Shown: positions 38,065-46,457, counted from the stretch's first letter. The stretch is 63,432 bases of DNA from a bacterium (GCA_021158225.1 JAGGUZ010000015.1:1-63432); one strand, 5' to 3'. The notes: generated by a model from the letters alone, not told the origin. Numbers and translations: made by a program.

Positions 38065-38093
38065 ATTTTATCAAAAATTGTGTGAAAAGTCAA
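38065..38093 (-). promoter_or_regulatory. sigma70-type promoter of the pilus unit (TTGACT-17 nt-TAAAAT with TGn extension)
   Basis: The minus strand reads TTGACTtttcacacaatttttgaTAAAAT. The -10 ends 38 nt upstream of ATG 38026, just downstream of the rplL terminator. Confidence 0.55.
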
Positions 38094-38137
38094 AGATATA
38101 GGGGAAAAAATAGAGTGTTCGTTTAAGTTTGTTTTGC

Positions 38138-38181
38138 ATAAAAAAAGACTACTCATATAAAAAATCTTATGGGTAGTCTTT
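38138..38181 (-). terminator. rho-independent terminator after rplL
   Basis: Minus-strand RNA AAAGACUACCCAUA-loop-UAUGAGUAGUCUUU (13 bp with one mismatch) followed by UUUUUAU. It starts 10 nt after the rplL stop. Confidence 0.75.
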
Positions 38182-38190
38182 TAAAAACGT

Positions 38191-38601
38191 TTACTTAAAT
38201 TCTACAGTTGCACCAGCTTCTTCAAGTTTTTTCTTAAGTTCTTCAGCTTCTGCTTTATCGCAATTTTCTTTGACAGGTTTTGGGGCTCCATCAACAAGGT
38301 CTTTTGATTCTTTAAGTCCAAGTCCTGTGATTTCACGTACAGCTTTAATAACAGCTATTTTTTGTCCACCTGCAGCAGTAAGTACAACGGAAACATTTGT
38401 GTTTTCTTCTTTTTCTTCTTCTTTACCTGCGGAAGTACCTCCTCCGGCCATCATTACAGGAGCTGCAGCAGATACACCGAATTTATCTTCCATTGCCTTT
38501 ACAAGGTTTGCAAGATCAAGTACAGAAAGTTTCTCAACCATGTCGAGAATTTTTTCTGCATCTTTGCTCAATTTAACTTCCTCTTTGGTTTCTTCAGCCA
38601 T
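38191..38601 (-). CDS. rplL: 50S ribosomal protein L7/L12
   Basis: N-terminal dimerisation helix [26 protein letters not shown], an Ala/Gly/Glu hinge, and the C-terminal domain [32 protein letters not shown]...[16 protein letters not shown]. Confidence 0.96.
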   Translation of the reverse strand: MAEETKEEVKLSKDAEKILDMVEKLSVLDLANLVKAMEDKFGVSAAAPVMMAGGGTSAGKEEEKEENTNVSVVLTAAGGQKIAVIKAVREITGLGLKESKDLVDGAPKPVKENCDKAEAEELKKKLEEAGATVEFK

Positions 38602-38642
38602 TTTAAATTTTGTTAAGGATAAGAGTAAGTATATTAAATGTA

Positions 38643-39368
38643 TTAATTCTCATCAGGATTTGTATCTGCCTCTTTGGCTGGGTTTTCTTCTGGAACTGTT
38701 TTCTCTTCGGCTGGGTTTTCTTCTGGAACTGTTTTCTCTTTGGCTGTGCTCTCTTCTGGAACTGTTTTCTCTTTCACTGTGCTCTCTTCTTCTTTCTTTG
38801 GTTTTTCAGTAGGGGTAACTTCCATCTCTTGAACAGGTCCTTCTTCCTCAAGTTTATCTTTGTATGCTTCAACAACACCTACAAAATTTCGTAGTAATGA
38901 ATAAAGAGTTCCATGGAATCCGCTGATCGGAGAGTTGAGTGATCCAACCAACTTTGCAAGAAGTTCTTCTTTTCCTGGGATTTTTGCCAGTTCCAATGTT
39001 TCTTCCTGAGAAAGGGATCTACCCTCCATAAGTGCTCCAAGCAATTTAATTGCATCGTGTTTTTTTGAAAATTCATATAGAGTTTTTGCCGCCATAACTT
39101 CATCACCCATGCCGAATGCGGCTCCAACTTGTCCCTCTAATACATTGTTAGGAAGATCTTTAAAACCTGCTTTTTCGGCGGCAATTTTAATAAGTGTTTT
39201 CTTTGCAACTTTAAAATTTACTTCGTTTTTACGAAGTTCGCTTCTAAGTGTCCCGAAATCTTTTACATTTATACCTTGATAATCGGAGAAAACGATTGAT
39301 TTTGCATTAGTGAAGAGATCTTGTAATTCAGCAACAACTTCTTCTTTTTTTTGCTTAGTTATAGCCAT
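38643..39368 (-). CDS. rplJ: 50S ribosomal protein L10 with a ~75-aa acidic repeat-containing C-terminal extension
   Basis: [19 protein letters not shown]...[24 protein letters not shown] is the canonical L10 N-terminus, so ATG 39368 is preferred over the ORF-track start at 39413. The tail contains EKTVPEE(S/N)(T/P)A(K/E) repeats. Confidence 0.9.
   Translation of the reverse strand: MAITKQKKEEVVAELQDLFTNAKSIVFSDYQGINVKDFGTLRSELRKNEVNFKVAKKTLIKIAAEKAGFKDLPNNVLEGQVGAAFGMGDEVMAAKTLYEFSKKHDAIKLLGALMEGRSLSQEETLELAKIPGKEELLAKLVGSLNSPISGFHGTLYSLLRNFVGVVEAYKDKLEEEGPVQEMEVTPTEKPKKEEESTVKEKTVPEESTAKEKTVPEENPAEEKTVPEENPAKEADTNPDEN
38676..38796. repeat. 33-nt tandem repeat, about 3.6 copies, in frame inside the rplJ 3' end
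   Basis: Units at 38676-38708, 38709-38741 and 38742-38774, plus a partial unit. Consensus GGCTGGGTTTTCTTCTGGAACTGTTTTCTCTTC, with copies differing at a few positions. Confidence 0.9.
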
Positions 39369-39487
39369 ATTTAATGTAGTTAATAAAAACGACCGTTTAT
39401 CAGAGACGGTCATCGTAAGAAAAATCTTGGATGTTTGTCTCGGCGGGTTTTACACACATATACAAGTGCTACCAGCTGTCTCTGACA
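39369..39487 (-). promoter_or_regulatory. structured 5' leader of rplJ (candidate L10/L12 autoregulatory leader)
   Basis: A local hairpin GACCGU-loop-ACGGUC (39391-39411) lies next to the start codon. An 8-nt segment GUCUCUGA inside it is complementary to UCAGAGAC near the 5' end (39479-39486). The two structures are mutually exclusive. Confidence 0.35.
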
Positions 39488-39493
39488 AAGGCA

Positions 39494-39521
39494 AGTTTAC
39501 TTGAATGTACTATAAAGTCAA
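39494..39521 (-). promoter_or_regulatory. candidate promoter for rplJL (TTGACT-16 nt-TAAACT)
   Basis: The minus strand reads TTGACTttatagtacattcaagTAAACT, in the divergent rplJ/miaA intergenic region. Confidence 0.4.
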
Positions 39522-39563
39522 ATAAAAATTGCTAAAGCTGAGTTTTTCTGATATCAACAAACT

Positions 39564-40496
39564 ATGGATATAGATCAAACAATATCGGAGTTTCTGGAAG
39601 AGTCATATAAAAGTAGGCAAAAGCCACTTTTGGTTATTCTTGGAGGAACGGCTTCCGGAAAAACAGCTCTTAGTATCCAAATCGCCAAAAAATTCAATGG
39701 GGAAGTTGTGTCTACCGATTCTCGTCAAGTGTATAAATATATGGATATAGCTACTGCAAAGGTTACTTATAACGAAATGCAGGGGATTCCTCATTATATG
39801 ATTGATATTGTTGAACCGGATAGTGGATTTACTTTGGCTGACTTTGTTAATAAGGCAAAAATTCATATAGAAGATATTTTGCGAAGAGGAAAACTTCCCA
39901 TTTTAGCCGGAGGGACAGGTCTTTATGCTCGTGCAATATGTGAAAATTATCAAATTACGCATATACCGCCAAATAATGAACTTCGTTTAAAACTTCAAAA
40001 TGAGTTGGATGAAAAGGGGGAAGATTATATGTACAAAAAATTGCAAGAATTAGATCCGCAGGCTGCGGGGAAAATCCATCCTCATAATCATCGGTATGTT
40101 ATTAGAGCTCTGGAAATAGTGTCTGCCGGCAAAAAGAAATCAAATTTAAAATCTAAAAGCGAATATAATTTGCTTAAATTCGGAATAGAGTGGAATAGAG
40201 ATAAACTTTACGAAAGAATTAATGCTCGTGCGGCCAATCAAATAGAAGATGGACTTATAAATGAAACAAAGATGCTTCTTCAAAGGGGATATGATTTATC
40301 TTTGCCATCGATGTCATCGCTTGGATATCCGGAAATGATTAAATATATGGAAGGTGAATTATCGCTTGACCAAGCACTTGAGTTACTTCAGAAAAATACT
40401 AGGAATTATGCAAAAAGACAGTTAACATGGTTCAGAAGAGAACCTGATGTTATGTGGATTTCCGGAGAAGAACTTTTTAACAAAAACGAGCGTTAA
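39564..40496 (+). CDS. miaA: tRNA dimethylallyltransferase
   Basis: P-loop GGTASGKTALS, SRQVYKYMDIATAKV, IPHYMIDIVEP and ILAGGTGLYARA are all canonical MiaA motifs. Confidence 0.93.
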   Translation: MDIDQTISEFLEESYKSRQKPLLVILGGTASGKTALSIQIAKKFNGEVVSTDSRQVYKYMDIATAKVTYNEMQGIPHYMIDIVEPDSGFTLADFVNKAKIHIEDILRRGKLPILAGGTGLYARAICENYQITHIPPNNELRLKLQNELDEKGEDYMYKKLQELDPQAAGKIHPHNHRYVIRALEIVSAGKKKSNLKSKSEYNLLKFGIEWNRDKLYERINARAANQIEDGLINETKMLLQRGYDLSLPSMSSLGYPEMIKYMEGELSLDQALELLQKNTRNYAKRQLTWFRREPDVMWISGEELFNKNER

Positions 40497-40513
40497 CGAT
40501 TAAAAACTAAGAT

Positions 40514-42172
40514 ATGTCTGTACGTGAGAAAAAATGGAAAATTTTAAATAAGGCTACCGGTAGTGTAGTAGATAAAATACTGGAAAATAGAGGTCTTGCA
40601 AATCCGGACGATCTTGCTCGTTTTGTAAAACCGGATTTTAAAAAAGGCTTTTATGATCCGTTTTTATTTGCTGGAATGGATAAAATAGTTAATAGAATTA
40701 AAACTGCTATTTCCGGGGGAGAGCGAATAATTGTTTACGGTGATTATGATGTTGATGGTATTAGCGGAGCTGCGATTATGGTGTTAACGCTTGAACACTT
40801 GGGAGGAAAAGTTTCTTACAGACTTCCGCATAGGCTTAATGATGGATATGGAATTAATGAAAAGTATATTGATGAGTTTGAAAAAGCTGATGTAAAACTT
40901 GTAGTTACCGTTGATTGTGGTATCTCAAATGCTAAAGAAATCTCGATAGCGAAACAAAAAGGTATTGATGTTATTGTTACGGATCATCATAAAATCCCCG
41001 AAAATTACCCGGATGATGCTTATGAGGTTTTGCATCCTATGCGTAAAGATCAAAATTATCCGTTTAAGAATTTAGCTGGAGCTGGAGTGGCTTTTAAGCT
41101 TTCTCAAGCTCTTTTGGGGGATGATCCCTTCGTATGGTCGCTTTTGGATCTTGCCAGTCTTGGGACAGTTGCCGATTGTGTTCCGATAAACGGAGAAAAC
41201 AGATTGATTGTAAAAAAAGGACTTGAGATTCTTCCTCGGACAAAGTGGGAAGGTCTTAAATTTTTACAAGAGCTTGCCGGTGTTAATTTTGATAAACCTT
41301 TAAATACTCATACAATAGGTTTTCAAATAGCTCCGCGTATAAATGCTGCAGGCAGGATTGATTCTCCATATTATGCTCTTCAGCTTCTTATTAATGGAAA
41401 ACAGACGGATAAAGCCAGAAAACTTGCAAATCAACTTGAAAATTTAAATAAAAAAAGGCAAACCATGCTTCGTAGTGCTCTTGTTGAAGCTGAAAATAGC
41501 TTTTTGCAACATATAAACAACCCGATTATTATAGAATATAATCAAAAATGGCATGTTGGGATTATAGGTCTTGTTGCGGGAAGACTTTCCGAGAAATATT
41601 CTCGTCCCGCTATTATTTTGCAAGAGTTTGATGATTATTTGGTAGCTTCCGCCAGAAGTCCGGAATTTTTTAATATTATAGAGGCATTAACAGAGCATTC
41701 TGATTTATTAGATCATTATGGCGGTCATGCTCAGGCCGCCGGATTTAATATCTCAAAAGAAAATCTCTCGAAGTTTATTAAAGAAATGAACAGTTACACG
41801 GAGAAGAAACTTAAAAATTGCGATGTAACACCGAAGCTTTCCATAGAATGCGAAATCAAGCCTCAAGAAATTAATTGGGATACTATTGAATTCATAAAAT
41901 CATTGGAACCTTTTGGAATAGGGAACGATCGTCCAAAATTTTTACTTCGTGGCGCCGAAGTGGAAAATGCAAGAACTGTAGGGAAGAGTGATGATCATCT
42001 TTCTCTTACCTTTGATTTAAATGGTCAGCAGATTAAGGGTATTGCTTTTAATTTTGGGGAATTTATAGATTATGCAAGAAAACATCGAAATCTTAACATT
42101 GTTTTCCAACTTGAAGAAAATGAATGGAAAGGTCGAAAAAGTATTCAAATGAAATTGATTGATTTCGAGTGA
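40514..42172 (+). CDS. recJ: single-stranded-DNA-specific exonuclease RecJ
   Basis: DHH motifs I-IV (VYGDYDVDGISG, VTVDCG, VTDHH) and DHHA1 GGHAQAAG. Length 552 aa. Confidence 0.92.
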   Translation: MSVREKKWKILNKATGSVVDKILENRGLANPDDLARFVKPDFKKGFYDPFLFAGMDKIVNRIKTAISGGERIIVYGDYDVDGISGAAIMVLTLEHLGGKVSYRLPHRLNDGYGINEKYIDEFEKADVKLVVTVDCGISNAKEISIAKQKGIDVIVTDHHKIPENYPDDAYEVLHPMRKDQNYPFKNLAGAGVAFKLSQALLGDDPFVWSLLDLASLGTVADCVPINGENRLIVKKGLEILPRTKWEGLKFLQELAGVNFDKPLNTHTIGFQIAPRINAAGRIDSPYYALQLLINGKQTDKARKLANQLENLNKKRQTMLRSALVEAENSFLQHINNPIIIEYNQKWHVGIIGLVAGRLSEKYSRPAIILQEFDDYLVASARSPEFFNIIEALTEHSDLLDHYGGHAQAAGFNISKENLSKFIKEMNSYTEKKLKNCDVTPKLSIECEIKPQEINWDTIEFIKSLEPFGIGNDRPKFLLRGAEVENARTVGKSDDHLSLTFDLNGQQIKGIAFNFGEFIDYARKHRNLNIVFQLEENEWKGRKSIQMKLIDFE

Positions 42173-42176
42173 TTTT

Positions 42177-43706
42177 TTATGGAGCTAAAGCTGTGTGTTG
42201 CCAACCGCCTCCTGCGGCTCCCGTGCAAACATACAGATAGCTCTTGTCTAAGCTGTATATCATTCTTCCAGCTTCTTTGTCTTCATCACAGTCTTCTGGA
42301 GGAGGTAAACCTTTTATAGAATCGATTTGCATATATTGTGGAGTGTCGGTTGGTTCTTCTGTGAATGGTAAACCAACCTGCAGTGTCGATACGGGTGCAA
42401 CATTTACTCCTCCCCCAACTTTTACACGTTCATTGCTTGGTTCAATAAGTGTTGTTGTTCCACCAACATAGACGAAATCGTTCGCACTTTTAACTCCGCC
42501 TATTAGGTAGTTGATGTTGTGTGTAGTTGGGTTATAGAACGCAAAGCCAAGGTCATCTCCGATGTAATCGCTAACTAACCTAATTACTCCCATTTCCGAA
42601 ATAAATCTGGCTATGGTGCCATTGCTGTCTCCACTGTTACCAAAAACATTCATGAGTATGCCATCTGTCAATCCCTTCTTGTCTCCTATGTTAAGTAGTG
42701 GAGTTGAAGTTATGAAGGTGTCTTCTCCAATATCTACTGTGCCGGTATTTTTTATATTCATTCTTTCGGTTCCGGCTGTATCAAATCTGATAACATCTTC
42801 ATCGGGAGATTTTTCAACTTGTATTCCCGTATCTGTATCTCCATCCCAAAGTGATTTACTGACATGGGCATCAACATAAGATTTGATGCTTTGTTGAGTT
42901 GCTAAGGCGGTATCGCTATTTGAAGCAAAATTATCTTCGTCAAGGAAACTATTTATCCTTGAGCCGGACATGAATGCTAAACCGGATGGTGTTAAATCCA
43001 TAAAGTTACTTGGAGTTGTATATCCACCGCCAAGTTGAAAAAGGATTCTAGGGGTGGGATTCGGATTTGTGGCATCTGTAGATCCGGCTGAAGTAAGTAT
43101 TAAATCTTGATCCGTGGCCATAACTCCGTTTCCAGCCCAACTCGAGACATAATAGCTATCACTATATTTTCCAAAATACATGTTGTTTGTATAATCAGGT
43201 CCGCTTCCTTTAACTTCAACTACGGCTCCGGCATAATTATGGGTATCATTCGTGTTTACAGCTTGAAATCCAGTAAGTGTGTTATCTGAATTATTTTCAA
43301 TTCTGGCTCTGTATGTGTTTGAATCTACAGGTGATAATATATTTGTAATTTGTTGCCATGGGCTACTTTGGGTCATACTTCCCCATTCCGGGAGTCCACC
43401 TGCTCCGGTTATAAGAGCTTGTCCAACGGCACCGCCCGCCAAATCAACCCAGTTTGTGCCGTTAAAATAGAACAAATCTCCTGTTACAGCTGTAACTGCT
43501 GAAATATCATCCAGATAATTATGATGAGTCTGTGGAGGTATAACTGTACAATTGACATCTCCCGGAGCACAATCTGGAGACAAAGTTTCTCCCAAATTGT
43601 ATGGAGAAACCGGAGGAGTTGCGTAAACAACTCTAAATGACATTACTATAATAATTGCGATAACGCTTGAAAAACGAAGTAAAGGAAAATGCATAATTCT
43701 AATCAT
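42177..43706 (-). CDS. secreted Gly/Thr/Asn-rich fibre-like protein (509 aa), tail-fibre-like motifs
   Basis: N-terminal signal/anchor FSSVIAIIIVMSFRVVYA. Motifs include GDLFYFNGTNWVDLAGGAVGQALITGAGGLPEWGS and ALATQQSIKSYVDAHV. The C-terminal Cys pair is CDEDKEAGRMIYSLDKSYLYVCTGAAGGGW. Confidence 0.7.
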   Translation of the reverse strand: MIRIMHFPLLRFSSVIAIIIVMSFRVVYATPPVSPYNLGETLSPDCAPGDVNCTVIPPQTHHNYLDDISAVTAVTGDLFYFNGTNWVDLAGGAVGQALITGAGGLPEWGSMTQSSPWQQITNILSPVDSNTYRARIENNSDNTLTGFQAVNTNDTHNYAGAVVEVKGSGPDYTNNMYFGKYSDSYYVSSWAGNGVMATDQDLILTSAGSTDATNPNPTPRILFQLGGGYTTPSNFMDLTPSGLAFMSGSRINSFLDEDNFASNSDTALATQQSIKSYVDAHVSKSLWDGDTDTGIQVEKSPDEDVIRFDTAGTERMNIKNTGTVDIGEDTFITSTPLLNIGDKKGLTDGILMNVFGNSGDSNGTIARFISEMGVIRLVSDYIGDDLGFAFYNPTTHNINYLIGGVKSANDFVYVGGTTTLIEPSNERVKVGGGVNVAPVSTLQVGLPFTEEPTDTPQYMQIDSIKGLPPPEDCDEDKEAGRMIYSLDKSYLYVCTGAAGGGWQHTALAP

Positions 43707-43917
43707 CTAGATATAGTATAACAATAAGTATAAAATTTATATCACATCACCAAGAATTGTAACATATGTCGGTATCAATATTAATATTCCAACATAATAT
43801 AAGGTTGTACACATTTTCTATTTATGTTATTTTTACATCTCGCATTTGTTATACTATCTATGATTGACACAGAGAGAAAAAGATTTTATAATACCTAGAA
43901 CACATAAATACATATTA

Positions 43918-45372
43918 ATGGCTGAGAATCAGATCCAAACTCAAGTAATACAGTTAATCCGGAAAAGTCAAAGAATTCTGATACTTCCTTCGTCTCCGCC
44001 TGATGGGGATTCAATAGGCTCGGCTTTGGCTTTGTATTTGATACTCAGAAAACTGGGAAAGGAAGCTACGGTTGTTTGTACGGATGCAATTCCGGAAGTT
44101 TACAGGTTTCTTCCGATAACAAATGTTATTGATAACAATCTTGTTACTTCGAATGACTTTATCGTTACGCTTGATTGTTCTAAGTCTAAAATAGATACAA
44201 TAAAAACTGATTTGGAAGATAATAAAGTTAATATAATTATAACTCCAAAACAGGGCTCAATCGGAGAGAAGGAAGTGTCTTTTCATTACGGAGCTACAAA
44301 ATATGATCTTATTATAGTTGTTGATGCTGGTGATTTATCTCAGCTGGGAAAACTTTATGAGGAGAATGCGGGTTTGTTTACTCAAATTCCGGTTATTAAT
44401 ATAGATCATCATGTAAGTAATAACCATTTTGGGAAAGTGAATTTTATAGATATAATGGCTTCTTCAACGACAGAACTTTTAATATCTATTATTGAAGAAT
44501 ATGGAAGAATCGAAGGTAAAGATCTTATTAATGAAGATGTCGCTACTCTTCTTTTGGCTGGAATTATCACCGATACCGGAAGTTTTCAGAATGCAAATAC
44601 AAGTCCCAAAGCATTTGCTTCCGCATCTCATCTTTTGGGATATGGAGCTCGTCAACAAGAGATAATTCAACATATTTATAAGACAAAGAATCTTACTATG
44701 CTTAAACTTTGGGGTAGGGTATTAACCAAGATTCAATTTGATTCTTTATATAGAATTGTTTGGTCAACAATAAGCAAGGAAGATTTTCAGCAAACTAAAA
44801 GTAATGCCGATGAAACCGGCGATATTATTGATGAATTAATGACAAACGCTCCCGGAGCGGATGTTGTATTGCTTATTAAAGAAAAAGAGGATGGTATTGT
44901 TTCTTGCAGTGTTCGTACAACAAGCCAATCTGTTGATGCGAGTGCTATAGCGGAAATGTTTGATGGGGGTGGGCATGTTCAGGCCGCCGGATTTAAGGTT
45001 CAAAGTTCCGATTTAAAATCTACAGAATATAAAATTATTGAAAATATAAGGAAGTTTCAGGCTAGAAGACTTCATATTCATCCTGATGAAAAACCGGAAG
45101 TTTTACAAGGTAAGCAGGTCGTCAATATGGAACAAAAGGCTGAATCTGTTTGGGAGAAGGATGAGAAGGAGGTTAAGGAAAATTCATCTAATAGCTTGGA
45201 TTTAAAAGTTAAGCCGAATAAAGAGGTGAAGAATGTTAAGAAAAATTTGTCGAAAAAGAAATTCAATAAACAACCAGATAAAGTTAAACCGGATAAAGTT
45301 GTAGAAAATATATCAAAGAATGAAGATGAAGTGGATTTAGAACCGGGAGTTACTTATAAATTCGAGCAATAA
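43918..45372 (+). CDS. DHH/DHHA1 phosphoesterase (NrnA-like oligoribonuclease/pAp phosphatase) with Lys-rich C-terminal tail
   Basis: Motifs PSSPPDGDSIGSALAL, VVDAGD, NIDHHVSN and DHHA1 GGGHVQAAG. ATG 43918 (MAENQIQ...) is preferred to TTG 43864. The last ~110 aa are a KEVK-rich extension. Confidence 0.8.
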   Translation: MAENQIQTQVIQLIRKSQRILILPSSPPDGDSIGSALALYLILRKLGKEATVVCTDAIPEVYRFLPITNVIDNNLVTSNDFIVTLDCSKSKIDTIKTDLEDNKVNIIITPKQGSIGEKEVSFHYGATKYDLIIVVDAGDLSQLGKLYEENAGLFTQIPVINIDHHVSNNHFGKVNFIDIMASSTTELLISIIEEYGRIEGKDLINEDVATLLLAGIITDTGSFQNANTSPKAFASASHLLGYGARQQEIIQHIYKTKNLTMLKLWGRVLTKIQFDSLYRIVWSTISKEDFQQTKSNADETGDIIDELMTNAPGADVVLLIKEKEDGIVSCSVRTTSQSVDASAIAEMFDGGGHVQAAGFKVQSSDLKSTEYKIIENIRKFQARRLHIHPDEKPEVLQGKQVVNMEQKAESVWEKDEKEVKENSSNSLDLKVKPNKEVKNVKKNLSKKKFNKQPDKVKPDKVVENISKNEDEVDLEPGVTYKFEQ

Positions 45373-45373
45373 A

Positions 45374-46129
45374 TTATTCTTCCAGTTTTTTTATTATCTC
45401 TTCGGGTATATCAAAGTTACTGTAAACATTTGTGACATCATCGTCTTCTTCTAGTGCGTCCATGAATTTTAAAACTTTTCTCGCTTTCGTTTCGTCATCA
45501 ATTTTAATTTCGTTTTCCGGAATAAATGTTATTTCAGCTGATTCAACAGCAATGTCGGCTTCTTCCAATTTCCGTTTTACTTCATGAAGATTTTTTGGAT
45601 CTGTATAAATTTCCACATTATTTTCGTCGATTTTAATATCTTCCGCTCCTGCATCTATTGCGCTAAGTTCAATTTCTTCATGCTTGTCCGGCTCTGCTAC
45701 AAGTGAAATTAGGCCTTTTTTATGAAAAAGATATGCTACACTTCCGGCTGTTCCCATATTTCCGCCATTTTTTGTTAAGATGCTTTTAACGCTGGCAACT
45801 GTACGGTTTTTGTTGTCTGTAAGGGTTTGAATATAAACGGCAATTCCGGCTGGACCATATCCTTCATACATATTTTCTGTAATCTCAGCTTGGTCTTTTA
45901 ATTCTCCGGTACCTCTTTTTATTGCTCTCTCTATATTTGTATTTGGTACATTTGCCGTTTTTGCGTTATCTATTGCGGTTCTAAGAGATGAGTTGGTTTC
46001 CGGATCTCCTCCGCCTTCGCGTGTTGCGATTGTAATAAGCTTTGAATGTATGGTGAAAATCTTTCCGCGTTTTGCGTCGGCTAAACCTTTTTTATGTTTA
46101 ATCGAATGCCATTTGCTGTGTCCGGACAT
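45374..46129 (-). CDS. yebC: YebC/PmpR-family DNA-binding transcriptional regulator
   Basis: MSGHSKWHSIKHKKGLADAKRGKIFT... is the invariant family N-terminus. Length 251 aa. Confidence 0.93.
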   Translation of the reverse strand: MSGHSKWHSIKHKKGLADAKRGKIFTIHSKLITIATREGGGDPETNSSLRTAIDNAKTANVPNTNIERAIKRGTGELKDQAEITENMYEGYGPAGIAVYIQTLTDNKNRTVASVKSILTKNGGNMGTAGSVAYLFHKKGLISLVAEPDKHEEIELSAIDAGAEDIKIDENNVEIYTDPKNLHEVKRKLEEADIAVESAEITFIPENEIKIDDETKARKVLKFMDALEEDDDVTNVYSNFDIPEEIIKKLEE

Positions 46130-46295
46130 ATAAAAAATGAGTTATATATTTTCTGCAAATGTATTATAAAGGATTAAAAATTACCCTGCAAGATTGCAAG
46201 TTTGTTAAGTATGAATTTCTTATTTTTCTTGCTCGGGCAAAGCGAAACTTTTATGCTAGAAAAATATTCTTTGGCATAAATGTTGATTAATTATA

Positions 46296-46457
46296 TTAAT
46301 TTCTTGGCATTTCACTTGGGCCGTTAGAAAATGGTTGTACGGTAGGGCCGACATGAGTTTTTGAAAGTTCTTCGGCGATTGGATCTGCAGGCTTATTCTG
46401 TCCACATCCGGCAATAAGAAATAGAGTGATAAATAGTAATGCTATTATTTTTTTCAT
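46296..46457 (-). CDS. small lipoprotein (53 aa), not in the supplied ORF track
   Basis: Own translation: MKKIIALLFITLFLIAGCGQNKPADPIAEELSKTHVGPTVQPFSNGPSEMPRN. It has a textbook lipobox LIAG|C and lies two genes downstream of lgt on the same strand. Confidence 0.5.
   Translation of the reverse strand: MKKIIALLFITLFLIAGCGQNKPADPIAEELSKTHVGPTVQPFSNGPSEMPRN

Noticed and set aside
38676-38796. Tandem 33-nt repeats considered as a possible CRISPR array or other non-coding repeat array
   Set aside because: The units are directly adjacent with no spacers. They are in frame within rplJ and translate into a coherent EKTVPEE repeat. No cas genes are present.
38270-38894. 180-aa and 94-aa plus-strand ORFs opposite rplL and rplJ
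   Set aside because: They lie antisense to unmistakable ribosomal protein genes. Their repetitive Phe/Leu/Ser content is just the reverse complement of the Glu/Lys/Ala-rich sense frames and of the 33-nt repeat.
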